Source: an uncultured Nitrososphaeraceae archaeon (GTDB taxonomy: Archaea > Thermoproteota > Nitrososphaeria > Nitrososphaerales > Nitrososphaeraceae). From it: 64,000 bases of DNA. The translations under genes and the position numbers were made by a program. Positions 1 to 10,509 of this stretch are shown piece after piece; the first letter of the stretch is position 1; each line of letters starts with the position of its first letter. Location of the stretch: assembly GCA_963729045.1 (NCBI GenBank), contig CAVSMN010000011.1:140390-204389 (forward strand), given 5' to 3'. The notes under the pieces were generated by a model, which searched no databases, had not been told where the DNA came from, and worked only from the letters and a program-made list of their open reading frames with translations.

Positions 1-1006
1 GATAATTAAGATACTTCAGGTTGATTCACTAATGTCAGTTCCACCCATCCCGATTGTTATGCCAAAGAGCAAAGTGGGGCTTTCTATGAAGCAGGAGGAA
101 GTTTTATCACAAATTGAAAAGCTTGTGAGGATAAAAACTAAAGAGTTAGAAATAGAGAAACTAAAAAAAGAAATTGTCCAAGGCGATGATATCAATGAAG
201 AGTTTAGAATAATAGTTAATGAGAGCAAAAAAAATGATAATAAAGGTTTTGAATCAACTGAAAACCTTTCCATTGCAATTCCAGACAACCTGGGGGTTGA
301 TGAAACTGCCATTTACGATTTTGATCTAATTAATAAGGTGAAAACGGCTCTCAAGGAATGGAGAAGCGGATGGAAAGAAAAATATGATTTTAGTGGAGAC
401 GAAATAGAAATTGAAAATTACATTGAAAAGCAGCCAAAAATTTTTATCAGTGATAAGAAAATTGCAATAAATGTAAAGATATCAGTGCTTTTGGATCTTT
501 CAAGCAGTATCGAGGACAATGAAATAGAGTACAAAAAAGCCACAGTAGCATTGTGTGAAGGATTAGAATATCTAGGAATTAAGTTTTCCATATATGCTTT
601 TAATACTGAATCTAGAATGGTTAAATGTTGGGTCATTAAACCCCCAACGGCAAGATGGGGATCCATATATGCAAGAAGACTAATGCAAGTAAAACCAATA
701 GGAGGAACACCTTTGGCAGAAATCTACAAGATACTTCAGCCAAGCATCAGCGCCTTCAAACCAGATATTTTCGTAACCCTTACAGACGGCGAACCCGCTG
801 ATATGGATGCGGTACGTTCGATAGTTTTGTCATATAAAAGAAGCGGTGTGGAAATGATTGCCATCGGTCTGGGCTCGGATTTAGGAGATGCGATAGGAAT
901 TGGACATAATTTGAAATACCTTAACTATCAAAGAATTCTAACTTTATCAAAAAAGAGGTTGCAGGATTTACCAAAAAAAGTATTAGGACTTTTAACTACA
1001 GAATGA
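1..1006 (+). CDS. VWA-domain protein (NorD/CobT-like), probably 5'-truncated by the window edge
   Basis: MIDAS motif LLDLSSS, plus GGTPL and TLTDGEP. The frame is open from the window start to ATG 32. Confidence 0.8.
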   Translation, partial: IIKILQVDSLMSVPPIPIVMPKSKVGLSMKQEEVLSQIEKLVRIKTKELEIEKLKKEIVQGDDINEEFRIIVNESKKNDNKGFESTENLSIAIPDNLGVDETAIYDFDLINKVKTALKEWRSGWKEKYDFSGDEIEIENYIEKQPKIFISDKKIAINVKISVLLDLSSSIEDNEIEYKKATVALCEGLEYLGIKFSIYAFNTESRMVKCWVIKPPTARWGSIYARRLMQVKPIGGTPLAEIYKILQPSISAFKPDIFVTLTDGEPADMDAVRSIVLSYKRSGVEMIAIGLGSDLGDAIGIGHNLKYLNYQRILTLSKKRLQDLPKKVLGLLTTE

Positions 1007-1046
1007 TGCAATCCCACGTTAATGCACCAAAATAACAATTAACAAA

Positions 1047-1712
1047 TTAGAATGCAAGATCAGGGTTTTCTTTTTCTAGTTTTTTCCAATCCGACAAGAA
1101 TGAATCTAGACCCTTATCTGTCAATGGATGGCGTATCATCTTGTCTAGGATGTCTGGCGGAAGTGTAACGACGTCTGCCCCCATTTTTGCCGCTTCGATC
1201 ACGTGTAATGGATGACGAACGCTAGCCACCAATAGCTGGGTTGAGATATCGTAGCTGGCAAATATTTGAACAATTTCACTTACCAGATTCAGACCCTCGG
1301 ATCCAATGTCATCTAATCGACCAATAAACGGACTTACATAAGTAGCTCCGGCTTTTGCAGCCAATAACGCTTGATTTGCAGAAAAAATTAGCGTCACATT
1401 AGTTTTTATGCCTTTTTTGGTGAGCGCATGCACAACTTTTAGACCATCCATGGTCATAGGAATCTTTACGACTACATTTTCCCCATACTTTGCTAATTTC
1501 AACGACTCTTCCATCATCTTATCAAAGTCAATAGCAACTACCTCAAGACTAACTGGCCCCTTCATAATTTCTACGATTTTTTTCATGGTCTTAATTGGGT
1601 TGCCTTTTTCTTTTGAAAGCAATGTTGGGTTAGTAGTGATACCATCTACTACTCCTAATTCATTGTATTTTTCTATAGATTCAACATTGGCAGTGTCAAG
1701 GAAGATTTTCAT
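1047..1712 (-). CDS. tal: Transaldolase / fructose-6-phosphate aldolase (short TalC-type)
   Basis: [22 protein letters not shown] (Schiff-base Lys) and [11 protein letters not shown]; in an operon with transketolase. Confidence 0.93.
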   Translation of the reverse strand: MKIFLDTANVESIEKYNELGVVDGITTNPTLLSKEKGNPIKTMKKIVEIMKGPVSLEVVAIDFDKMMEESLKLAKYGENVVVKIPMTMDGLKVVHALTKKGIKTNVTLIFSANQALLAAKAGATYVSPFIGRLDDIGSEGLNLVSEIVQIFASYDISTQLLVASVRHPLHVIEAAKMGADVVTLPPDILDKMIRHPLTDKGLDSFLSDWKKLEKENPDLAF

Positions 1713-2701
1713 TTTTTTTCACCCTTTTTTAGAGCAACCACATTTTTTACTATTTCCCTTGGAGATAAGCCATATTTATCTAAAAGTGAATCGATTTCCT
1801 CGTCTCTTGCAGATTCACCATACCTGTCTCTAATGCCTATTTTTCTTACAAAAGTAGGGCATATTTCAGAGGTCACTTCTGAAATTGCAGAACCCAGTCC
1901 CCCTACTATATTATGTTCTTCTATGGAAGCCAATGAGCCCGTTTCTTTCGTACATTTATAAATCAATTCAGAGTCTATCGGCTTGATAGAGTACATATCT
2001 ACAACCCTACAAGAAATATTATGATCCTTTTTCAAGATTTCGCTTGCCCTCAGTGATGCTGAGACCATAGTTCCACAGGAAAATAAACTGATATCATTGC
2101 CATCTTTTATTATGGTTCCCTTTCCAATTTCAAAGTTGGATTCTTCAGAATAGATTTCCTCAGTTGAAGGCCTAGCTAACCTTACATAGAATGGACCCGG
2201 AATATTCACTATTTTTTCCAATAGTTTTTTGACTGAAATCGCATCGGCAGGTACCAAGACCCGCATATTTGGTAAAGATCTCATAATAGAGATATCCTCT
2301 ATTTGTTGGTGAGACGCACCATCAGGTCCCACAGATAAACCTGCATGAGATACTACGATTTTCACATCTAGGTTGGGATAGCAAATCGCATTTCTAATCT
2401 GATCTAAACACCTGCCTGGAATAAAAGCAGCATAAGTACTCGCGAAAGATACTTTACCCGCAATAGCAAGGCCAGCTGCGATTGAAACTAAATTAGCTTC
2501 GGCTATTCCAACATTGAAGAGTCTATCAGGAAATTTTTCACCGAATTTTTTTGTTTTAAGTGAATCAGTAGTATCACCCCCTATGCATACTATGTTAGGA
2601 TACTTTTTACCTAAATTTACAAGGCTATCTCCGTATGCGGATCGCATATCAGAAAATTTAATATCACTAGTAGTCAAATGGGTCAATTCATAGTTCACCA
2701 T
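1709..2701 (-). CDS. Transketolase C-terminal subunit
   Basis: [16 protein letters not shown] and [11 protein letters not shown] motifs; 4-nt overlap with tal. Confidence 0.93.
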   Translation of the reverse strand: MVNYELTHLTTSDIKFSDMRSAYGDSLVNLGKKYPNIVCIGGDTTDSLKTKKFGEKFPDRLFNVGIAEANLVSIAAGLAIAGKVSFASTYAAFIPGRCLDQIRNAICYPNLDVKIVVSHAGLSVGPDGASHQQIEDISIMRSLPNMRVLVPADAISVKKLLEKIVNIPGPFYVRLARPSTEEIYSEESNFEIGKGTIIKDGNDISLFSCGTMVSASLRASEILKKDHNISCRVVDMYSIKPIDSELIYKCTKETGSLASIEEHNIVGGLGSAISEVTSEICPTFVRKIGIRDRYGESARDEEIDSLLDKYGLSPREIVKNVVALKKGEKK

Positions 2702-2762
2702 TATACATTATATCTTTTCTTTCAATATCAAACATTTTTGCACCCTCGTCATTAGTGTTCAA

Positions 2763-4454
2763 TTATTTCGATAAATTAAATTGTTCTATTATGTTCCTAC
2801 GACCCTTAATCCAATCTTCTTCAAGATTTAAAGCCCGGGATTCATCGAGCAAATTCTTTTCCAGGTAGGAATCGAGTAAAAACCTAGTTTCCCTAATTCT
2901 CTTGTCAACATCGCTGTAACCAAATATTGCATTTCCCATTACAAATATTCTACAACCAGCATCAAAGCACTCAGTTATCGTCGACAGATCTATTCCACCA
3001 TCGGCCTCAAAATAGCCCTTAAATCCCCGCTCCCTTAGTAAAGGGATAGCCTTTTTCATTTTAGGTAAAACTTCCGGAATGAATTTTTGACCAGCAAAAC
3101 CAGGATTTACAGACATTATTATAATTACATCAAGATTATCAAGGTAGGAGAAAATCCATTCGGGAATTTCGGTGCCAGGATTTATGGCTAGGCCAGGGCT
3201 AACACCACTTGATACTAGTTTAGAATTGATCCTCTCAAATTCTTGTTCGTTACTACAAGCCTCTGCATGAACAGTTATAACATCACATCCGGCATCGATA
3301 TAACGATCCAAGACTAAGTCAGGCTTTTGGATCATCAGATGAGCATCAAAGGGCAATCTGGTCCCATCACGTAATTTCTTGATAGTATCAAAGAAGAAGG
3401 TCGAGTTTGGCACAAATATTCCATCCATCACATCTAAATGTATCATATCTGCACCGTATCGCTCGGCTGTTGCAATTTTCTGTTTCAAACTTTCCTCACT
3501 GGTTCCGTCAGCTCCTGCTATAATAGAAGGAGAAATCATATACTCCCCTTCCAGTTCCCTTACTAACAACGGTAAGTGTTTCTTTGAAGGGGCCTTCCCA
3601 TGCCACTGAGGATTGTTAGCCATATGTTTTATCCCGTTCCCTTTCACCGTATTTGCTATTATTATTTTGGGCTTATCGACAGGTCTTTTTAAAAGCTCAG
3701 GAATCAGCTGTTCAATCTTATGACCATTAATTTCAACCACTTCCCAGTTAAAGGAAAGCCATTTTTCTTTGATAGGGTCAATTGGCATAATCTCCTCGGT
3801 AAATCCATCTTGCTGAATCTTATTTCTATCCAATATGGCAATAAGGTTATTAAGTTTGAATTTAGCAGCAGCCATTGACGCTTCCCATATCTGACCTTCG
3901 TTAGTCTCGCCATCACCCAGTAGACAGTACACCATATTGTCTCGCTTGTCAAGCTTATTAGATAGGCATATCCCAATTGAGACAGAAAGACCTATACCTT
4001 CAGACCCCCCAGAATATTCAATTCCCGGCACGCTGTGATGCTTTTGCATTTCGCTATATCTTACAGGATGGCCTTGTAAACGTGAATTCAATTTTCGTAA
4101 AGTCTTGATTTCTTCCTTTGGGAAAGATCCAGCAAGGGATAAAGTAGCATAATATCCAGGTGCCGAATGAGCCTTTGAATTGATGAAATAGTCTCGATTA
4201 GGATTAGAGGGATGTTTAATATCATTATTCATTATCTGAAAATAAAGACAGCCCATAATCTCTGCAGCTGAAAAAGATGCTCCAGGATGTCCAGATCCTG
4301 CTTCTGCGATGCCAGTTAAGGCTATAGTACGTAATTCTTTAAGTTTTTCCTTTAATTTCAAATACCTATTTATCTTATACATATTATCATCAAACTCTTC
4401 ATCCTTGGCATGCCCACCACTCCATTTCAAACATCTCCGTATAATAGTTTTCAA
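2763..4454 (-). CDS. rpe: Transketolase N-terminal subunit fused to ribulose-phosphate 3-epimerase
   Basis: N-half has SGHPG, LQGHP, the TPP motif GDGETNEG...N and WHGKAP. C-half has ISPSI, HLDVMDGIFVPN, DAHLM, MSVNPGFAGQKF and ADGG. Confidence 0.92.
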   Translation of the reverse strand: MKTIIRRCLKWSGGHAKDEEFDDNMYKINRYLKLKEKLKELRTIALTGIAEAGSGHPGASFSAAEIMGCLYFQIMNNDIKHPSNPNRDYFINSKAHSAPGYYATLSLAGSFPKEEIKTLRKLNSRLQGHPVRYSEMQKHHSVPGIEYSGGSEGIGLSVSIGICLSNKLDKRDNMVYCLLGDGETNEGQIWEASMAAAKFKLNNLIAILDRNKIQQDGFTEEIMPIDPIKEKWLSFNWEVVEINGHKIEQLIPELLKRPVDKPKIIIANTVKGNGIKHMANNPQWHGKAPSKKHLPLLVRELEGEYMISPSIIAGADGTSEESLKQKIATAERYGADMIHLDVMDGIFVPNSTFFFDTIKKLRDGTRLPFDAHLMIQKPDLVLDRYIDAGCDVITVHAEACSNEQEFERINSKLVSSGVSPGLAINPGTEIPEWIFSYLDNLDVIIIMSVNPGFAGQKFIPEVLPKMKKAIPLLRERGFKGYFEADGGIDLSTITECFDAGCRIFVMGNAIFGYSDVDKRIRETRFLLDSYLEKNLLDESRALNLEEDWIKGRRNIIEQFNLSK

Positions 4455-4496
4455 ATGTCAAATAAATAAAAAGGTAGCTTCGTTTAGAAAACGATT

Positions 4497-4832
4497 TTAC
4501 ATTTTTGTTCCAATACTAGACAAAATCGATTCCATATCTCTCTTCGTAAGCCCTATTCCCATTTTGGCATCTCTACGATCCTTTATTGTATTTTTAGAGA
4601 AGGCGATTAAGGTCGGTACTGCGTTGATACCATATTTATCCCACAATGGGTTTTCATCCTCGTTTATTTTTACAGCACCAAAAAGAATATTATTATCGCT
4701 CAAGGTTTTAACTGAATTTTCAAATATAGGTATGAAACTTTTACAATAATAGCACCAATCAGCATAAAACAAAATTAAGGAATTTTCACCACTCGTGGCG
4801 GAGTCAAGTTCGGCCTGGTTAAAGTCTTTCAT
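4497..4832 (-). CDS. Thioredoxin family protein
   Basis: FYADWCYYC active site and the cis-Pro motif AVPT. ATG 4832 preferred over TTG 4871. Confidence 0.88.
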   Translation of the reverse strand: MKDFNQAELDSATSGENSLILFYADWCYYCKSFIPIFENSVKTLSDNNILFGAVKINEDENPLWDKYGINAVPTLIAFSKNTIKDRRDAKMGIGLTKRDMESILSSIGTKM

Positions 4833-5145
4833 ACTGTAATTTTGTAGATGTATGGTAAAAAATATTTGCAAAAATGACCTGTGGTAATTGTCGTTCTAAT
4901 TACGGTTGGTTGTTTGGCTGATTCATAGTAGCTGATTATCTTTTGATATAGATAAAAAATTTGCACCAGAAAATCACAATCTTCTACTAAAAAAAAGAGA
5001 AATGTTTACACCATTATTGCTATATCTGCCATTCTCATTTTATGCTAATTGATTAAAGTAAAAAGGTAGGAAATGCACTGGTTGACATGATTATCTTAAA
5101 AAACGCAACATATCATCCAAAAACCTTTTATTTTTTTCTTGTTTG

Positions 5146-5385
5146 TTATCTTATTGGTTTACCGAAATCATCGTTATCTAGTGCGCCTTTGAAAACTTTA
5201 TCATAACATGCTTCTGCATTGTCGACCGAGAAAGATCCATTATGGTTGGCAGCTCTTGTAACACAATTAAAATACCTAGTTAAAGCGTTAGCTGGTTCAA
5301 CGACCATTAATTGTGCCAATATCAATACCGAGAAAACAATACATGATATTTTTAAAGCAGTTTTTAAATTTTGGTTCATGATCAT
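5146..5385 (-). CDS. Small secreted hypothetical protein with a Cys pair
   Basis: Signal peptide ending ANA; YFNCV...ACYDKV. Confidence 0.65.
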   Translation of the reverse strand: MIMNQNLKTALKISCIVFSVLILAQLMVVEPANALTRYFNCVTRAANHNGSFSVDNAEACYDKVFKGALDNDDFGKPIR

Positions 5386-5391
5386 TGCAGA

Positions 5392-5727
5392 TTATTCGCC
5401 TCCGAATTCGATATCTTCATCACTATCATCATCCAGTGGTGCGCTTCCCAAAAGAATTTCATCATAACAACTTTTTACTTCATGTTTGGTTGGTTCCTTT
5501 TCAAAGTATGAATCTTCGTCAGCCCCTTTGCTTGAATCTATTTTTTCATCAATGCAGTCATAAAATTGTGGTAATCCGCTATCTAAGGTTTGGTTTCCAC
5601 TATTAATTTCTATCAAATCCACGGCCTGAGAGTACGCCTTCTCTGTATGCAGTGGGGTTCCTGCGATACTTGAAACGGTAATCATAAGGGCTGAAAATAC
5701 TAACGAATTTATCCAGAGATATTTCAT
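5392..5727 (-). CDS. Small secreted hypothetical protein with a Cys pair
   Basis: Hydrophobic N-terminus; FYDCID...SCYDEI; 6 bp from the next gene. Confidence 0.7.
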   Translation of the reverse strand: MKYLWINSLVFSALMITVSSIAGTPLHTEKAYSQAVDLIEINSGNQTLDSGLPQFYDCIDEKIDSSKGADEDSYFEKEPTKHEVKSCYDEILLGSAPLDDDSDEDIEFGGE

Positions 5728-6320
5728 CCTACAAAAAGTTAGAAATAAATTATTTAACCCATTCTACAAAATACTCCAAATGAATCCTCAAGAACAAAGT
5801 ATGTTCAGTATTTCAAATGCCACTCAAACTTTAACCAAGAGACTCTAAAATACCAGTAGTTGTGTTGATTTTATGACGGGTTTACTCGAATATCAAAATA
5901 TAACAACTATTTTCAGTTTTTTCAAGTCACAATGTTAAGTAAACCGGAGAAATATCTTCACAGTTTGAGAATCAGAAATATTTGACTACGGGAATAAGGC
6001 AATTGTTTTCATCATCATAAAGAATTTTTGAAAAGGTAGGAGACCTCTTGTGTGAAAACCTTTTACAAATTAATAAATCCTTCAATATTAAATTTCGACT
6101 GATCAATGCAGGTCTTGTACTTTGTTATTTGTCATGATTAAGATAAGGTGAGATCATCAAGTCATCGCACGAGATCCCTTTGGTTGATAATATTTTAAAA
6201 TCAAATAGATATTGTGAATTCATAATATAACGAATTAAATCAAATTTTCAACCTAATCTTCTAGAAATGAAACACGCATGAGGTATAGAATATAAATATA
6301 ATCATGATTATAGTCTCATA

Positions 6321-7613
6321 TTGATTTTTTTGTCCAAAATGAAATATTTCTGGTTGATTATGATAGTTTTTACAAGTTTGGCAGTTATTCATTCCCCTCA
6401 AGCATTTGGTCAAAGTCAAAGCTTAGAACAACATCTAGGTTTGTTTGGCAATGGGAATAACTCATTGTTAAATGATATATTCAATAAAGTAAAAGATTCT
6501 GTGGTTCAAATAAGTACAGAATATCAACCTACAGATCCTTCAAATAGATCTTACGATTCGACGGGTAATAGTCCATACGCAATGAAGTTTGGTTCTGGAT
6601 TTGTTTACGACAAATCAGGCACCATAATAACGAACTATCATGTTGTAAGCTCGGCAACTAACATAATAGTTACTTTCAACGATGGTAACAGCTATACTGC
6701 TAAAGTGGTTGGTGTAGATCCTTATGGAGATATATCTATATTGAAACTGGATAATCCGGTGGACGAAAAATTGATTCCAGTAACGTTATCAAACTCTTCT
6801 TCCTTAAAAGTTGGCGATCCGGTTTTGGCTATTGGTAACCCATATGGGCTCGATAATACTCTAACATTTGGTATTGTTAGTCAAATCGGTAGATTATTGC
6901 CAAACTCAGACTTGGGTTACTCAATTCCCAATGTAATTCAGACAGATGCTGCTATTAATCCAGGCAATTCAGGAGGACCCCTGATAGACCTTGATGGTAA
7001 AGTCGTAGGCATGAACACTGCGATATTTTCAAATACAGGAACTTACACAGGAGTGGGATTTGCGATTCCTTCAAATGATATCATTAGAATAATACCTCCT
7101 TTAATAAAAACAGGTACTTACCAGCATCCCTGGTTAGGCATATCAGGATCAAAGTTATCACCCACTTTAGCTGAAATGTTTGGATTACCTCTTAATTACA
7201 AAGGTGTATTAATTGAGGATGTTGTGCAAGATGGACCTGCGGACAAAGCAGGTTTGAAAGGAATGTTAATTCAAGGAAACAGATTTGGTGAACAACAAAT
7301 ACTAGATAAAGATATTATAATTGCAATAGACAGCAATCCTGTTTCAAGAATTGATGATATAATTTCCTATTTAGACATTAACAAGAAGGTAGGAGACAAA
7401 GTGGATTTGACCGTTAACCGTAATGGGCAAACAATAAACCTTGTCGCGAATTTAGAGGCCAGACCGAATTTGCCTTTGCAAGAGATTCAATCACAATCGG
7501 AACCCAATTATGACAACCCCCAACCCTATACTCCGTTCCCAAATTTCAAACTACCACCGCTTCCAGAATTTAAACTCCCAGATTTACCTAATTTTAACAT
7601 CCCTGGATTATGA
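6321..7613 (+). CDS. htrA: HtrA/DegP-family serine protease with PDZ domain
   Basis: TNYHVV, DISIL, QTDAAINPGNSGGPL, PDZ (WLGI...GPADKAGL), signal peptide and Pro-rich tail. Confidence 0.93.
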   Translation: MIFLSKMKYFWLIMIVFTSLAVIHSPQAFGQSQSLEQHLGLFGNGNNSLLNDIFNKVKDSVVQISTEYQPTDPSNRSYDSTGNSPYAMKFGSGFVYDKSGTIITNYHVVSSATNIIVTFNDGNSYTAKVVGVDPYGDISILKLDNPVDEKLIPVTLSNSSSLKVGDPVLAIGNPYGLDNTLTFGIVSQIGRLLPNSDLGYSIPNVIQTDAAINPGNSGGPLIDLDGKVVGMNTAIFSNTGTYTGVGFAIPSNDIIRIIPPLIKTGTYQHPWLGISGSKLSPTLAEMFGLPLNYKGVLIEDVVQDGPADKAGLKGMLIQGNRFGEQQILDKDIIIAIDSNPVSRIDDIISYLDINKKVGDKVDLTVNRNGQTINLVANLEARPNLPLQEIQSQSEPNYDNPQPYTPFPNFKLPPLPEFKLPDLPNFNIPGL

Positions 7614-7799
7614 TATAATGGATAAATAACTACTTTAACTCCGAGCTTACATACTAATCATCTTGTTTGGGAACGACCTGATCAAAAATTATATAATTTA
7701 AGGATGGATTTTCTTTACGTGAAGTGCATGCATTAGATGGAAGTAGTTAGTTTAGATTTAGATTTATAAACCTTCATTTCTTTCATTTACAATGGATAT

Positions 7800-8558
7800 A
7801 TGTCTGTGCAGAAAGTGGCTTCAACCCCTCTTGTCAAAATAAACAATGTCAGTTACAGAAACGGCTCCGAAGTTATTTTAGATAATATATCCTTTGAAAT
7901 AGATAGAGGAGATTTCTTAGGTATTATTGGACCAAATGGAGCAGGTAAAACTACTCTATTTAAATGTCTGTTAGGGTTGAACAAAGAGTATACTGGCAAT
8001 ATAAGATTATTTGATAAAGATATAAGAAATCATGCAAAAGAGATTTATAAAAAGATAGGATACATCCCTCAGTCAAACAGTTTTGATCCCAGGTTTCCTG
8101 CTACAGTAAAGGAAATAATACAATTAGGTTCTGTCGGGGGGAAATCTTTTGATGAAAAAAAAGTTAAAGAATTGATAGAATTGACAGGTATAACGGAATA
8201 TCTTAATAAAAGAATAGGCGATCTGTCAGGGGGACAACAACAAAGGGTCATGATAACTAAAGCACTTATCCACGATCCAGAATTACTGATATTAGACGAA
8301 CCCGATACAGCTATAGATGCAGCTGTATTGAAATTATTTTACAAACTTTTGACAAAACTGAACAAGGAAAGAAAAATTACCATTATTTGGTCTTCACATG
8401 ATCTAGATGCGGTGAGTTTGCTTTCAAATAAAGTGGCTTGTCTTTATCGGAAACTTTTTTTTCATGGAATTTCAGAAGACTTTTTTAGCAATGAAAGCAA
8501 TCTCAAGACATTTGCAGAATCATCGATGCACATCCACATAAAAAGCCATTCTCATTAA
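7800..8558 (+). CDS. Zn/Mn ABC transporter ATP-binding subunit (ZnuC-like)
   Basis: GPNGAGKTT, IGYIPQ...FPATV, LSGGQQQR, LILDEP, SHD and a His-rich C-terminus. Confidence 0.88.
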   Translation: MSVQKVASTPLVKINNVSYRNGSEVILDNISFEIDRGDFLGIIGPNGAGKTTLFKCLLGLNKEYTGNIRLFDKDIRNHAKEIYKKIGYIPQSNSFDPRFPATVKEIIQLGSVGGKSFDEKKVKELIELTGITEYLNKRIGDLSGGQQQRVMITKALIHDPELLILDEPDTAIDAAVLKLFYKLLTKLNKERKITIIWSSHDLDAVSLLSNKVACLYRKLFFHGISEDFFSNESNLKTFAESSMHIHIKSHSH

Positions 8559-9038
8559 TCATTTCATTCTTGGCTTTACTTTTTTTGGAATGACATTTCG
8601 AGGACAAAGGAAGATGGAAGAAGAGACAAGACGTAACATGTCTGCATAGTGGCTTTCACGCAAGTAGTTTTTTGAAACTTTTATTTACTTTATTTGAAAG
8701 TAACATAGAATTTACTCAGATTCATAAGCATGATAATGAAAAAGTACATAGTTAGTTTTTGCGATCAGGAATTACCGATTTGCATTGAAGCGCCTTTATA
8801 ATAATCAAGAAATTTCAATAAATTGATATTTTAAGAAGAGCTGAAATAATTGAAAGTCAATAATCAGAATTTTTCATAATTAATAGAAGAATAATTTAGT
8901 CTTTTTAATTGATGCTCATAAAACGGTATTTGGTCGTCAGGCTGAAGATGATAACACCGCTGGCTAATTCTGTCTAGGGACCAAGATAAAAGACATAATA
9001 ACAATTTTACATTTATCATATAAGGATTTACAATAGAA

Positions 9039-9639
9039 TTGAAAGAGAACGAAGCGTATGAGAATAAACCAAGCAAGACGAGAAGCATCACCTTTAGACT
9101 CGAAAGCTCAGTTATAGAAGAATTACAATTTGAAGCTGATTACAGAGAAACATCTTTGAATGTACTTATTAATCAGATTCTACGGAGATACTCCAACTGG
9201 GAGAGATACGAGAATAAAATTGGAATGATTCCAATCCCCAAGATAATACTGTCAAGTGTGATGGACCAAGTAATCAGAACAGGTTCTGAAAATGGAATTG
9301 AAGATATCTCAAAATTTAAGGAGTCTTTAGTAAAAGAACTTTCACAAATAGCCTTCAACTTTTTAAAGGATTCTGTGCTCCTCATAAAGAAAAATTATAC
9401 TCTATTTTCAGTCTTAGAGGGTACTCGAACAGTATATGAAGGTAATAGGAATAAATTCAGATCACAGAATCGAAGAAGATGGAAAACACGTTTACGTTAT
9501 ACAGCATAAATTAGGAGAAATGTGGTCTCTGTTCATCAAGGAATTCCTTATACTTATATTTGAAAATTTGGGTAAAGTTAAGGTGGATATATCAAGTACA
9601 CCTAACACAACCGTTGCGAAGGTATTCCTTAATTCCTGA
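9039..9639 (+). CDS. Ribbon-helix-helix-type hypothetical protein (frameshift near 9420)
   Basis: TRSITFRL...SLNVLINQILRRY resembles an RHH domain. Removing one G in 'gagggta' joins ORFs 9039-9509 and 9436-9639. Confidence 0.7.
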
Positions 9640-9977
9640 TACATTATAAGTAGAAATAATGATATTATTGTACATTCCTCCAATCAATGCAAAGATATCA
9701 GACCAGTAAAAATTTCTATTAATAGCAATTTATGGACTCGTGCTGCAGCCATATCCCTCCCCCCTTCATTGCCCCCTCATTGACATATGCCTGTTTCAAA
9801 TCATTAGAAAGACAATTCAAAACCATATAGTAGGAGGTCAATTGAGATTATTATCCTTTCATGACCATTGCAGATCTTTTATCAAAGATATAAGGAGCAA
9901 AAATTTTTGGGTTATTAGATATTCGTTAGTTAGTTATGACATTTTGATTTTTATAGGATAAGATTTTAAAAAAATCA

Positions 9978-10459
9978 TTGGTTTGGAGGGCGTACTACCT
10001 TATCAAGAAAGACAACTATCTGAAAATTTCTACATTATTAATTTGTATATTTTCAGTTTTCGCAATAATATTAAACATTGAAGGAAGCAATTGTATTGTT
10101 CAAATCAATTCTTCACCCATATTTAGCAATAGTTCTAACGAAGATAAAGAGGTTGGTAATAATAGTGATTTCATAAATCAAGGAGCAGAGGTGAAACAAC
10201 AACAGGGAGATGACCCGCAACAGCAACAGCAACAGCAAGCAGCAACAGCAACAGGAGCAACAGCAACAGGATGCAAATACGCCAATCTCAAGAGGCGTTG
10301 ATGCAGCAGTCCTATGAACTCCGAAAATATTGCTTTTTAGTGACAAATCTGTACGTATACTCCCTATTTGGAATCATAATAGGTTTCATAATACTTGTAC
10401 TTTGGTATATAAGATACAAAAAAATTTGGTCTTGGAAGAAAAACGGCCCCATTAATTAA
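9978..10459 (+). CDS. Membrane-anchored hypothetical protein with poly-Gln tract (frameshifted within the repeat)
   Basis: N-terminal hydrophobic segment, CAA/CAG run, and a C-terminal TM helix in ORF 10271-10459. Confidence 0.5.
10198..10270 (+). repeat. CAA/CAG (poly-Gln) microsatellite
   Basis: caacagcaacagcaacagcaagcagcaacagcaacaggagcaacagcaacag is visible directly. Confidence 0.85.
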
Positions 10460-10509
10460 CCGATTTGAAATTTAAGAATTTCAAGCTATTTGCATAGATT
10501 TTTAAATAA

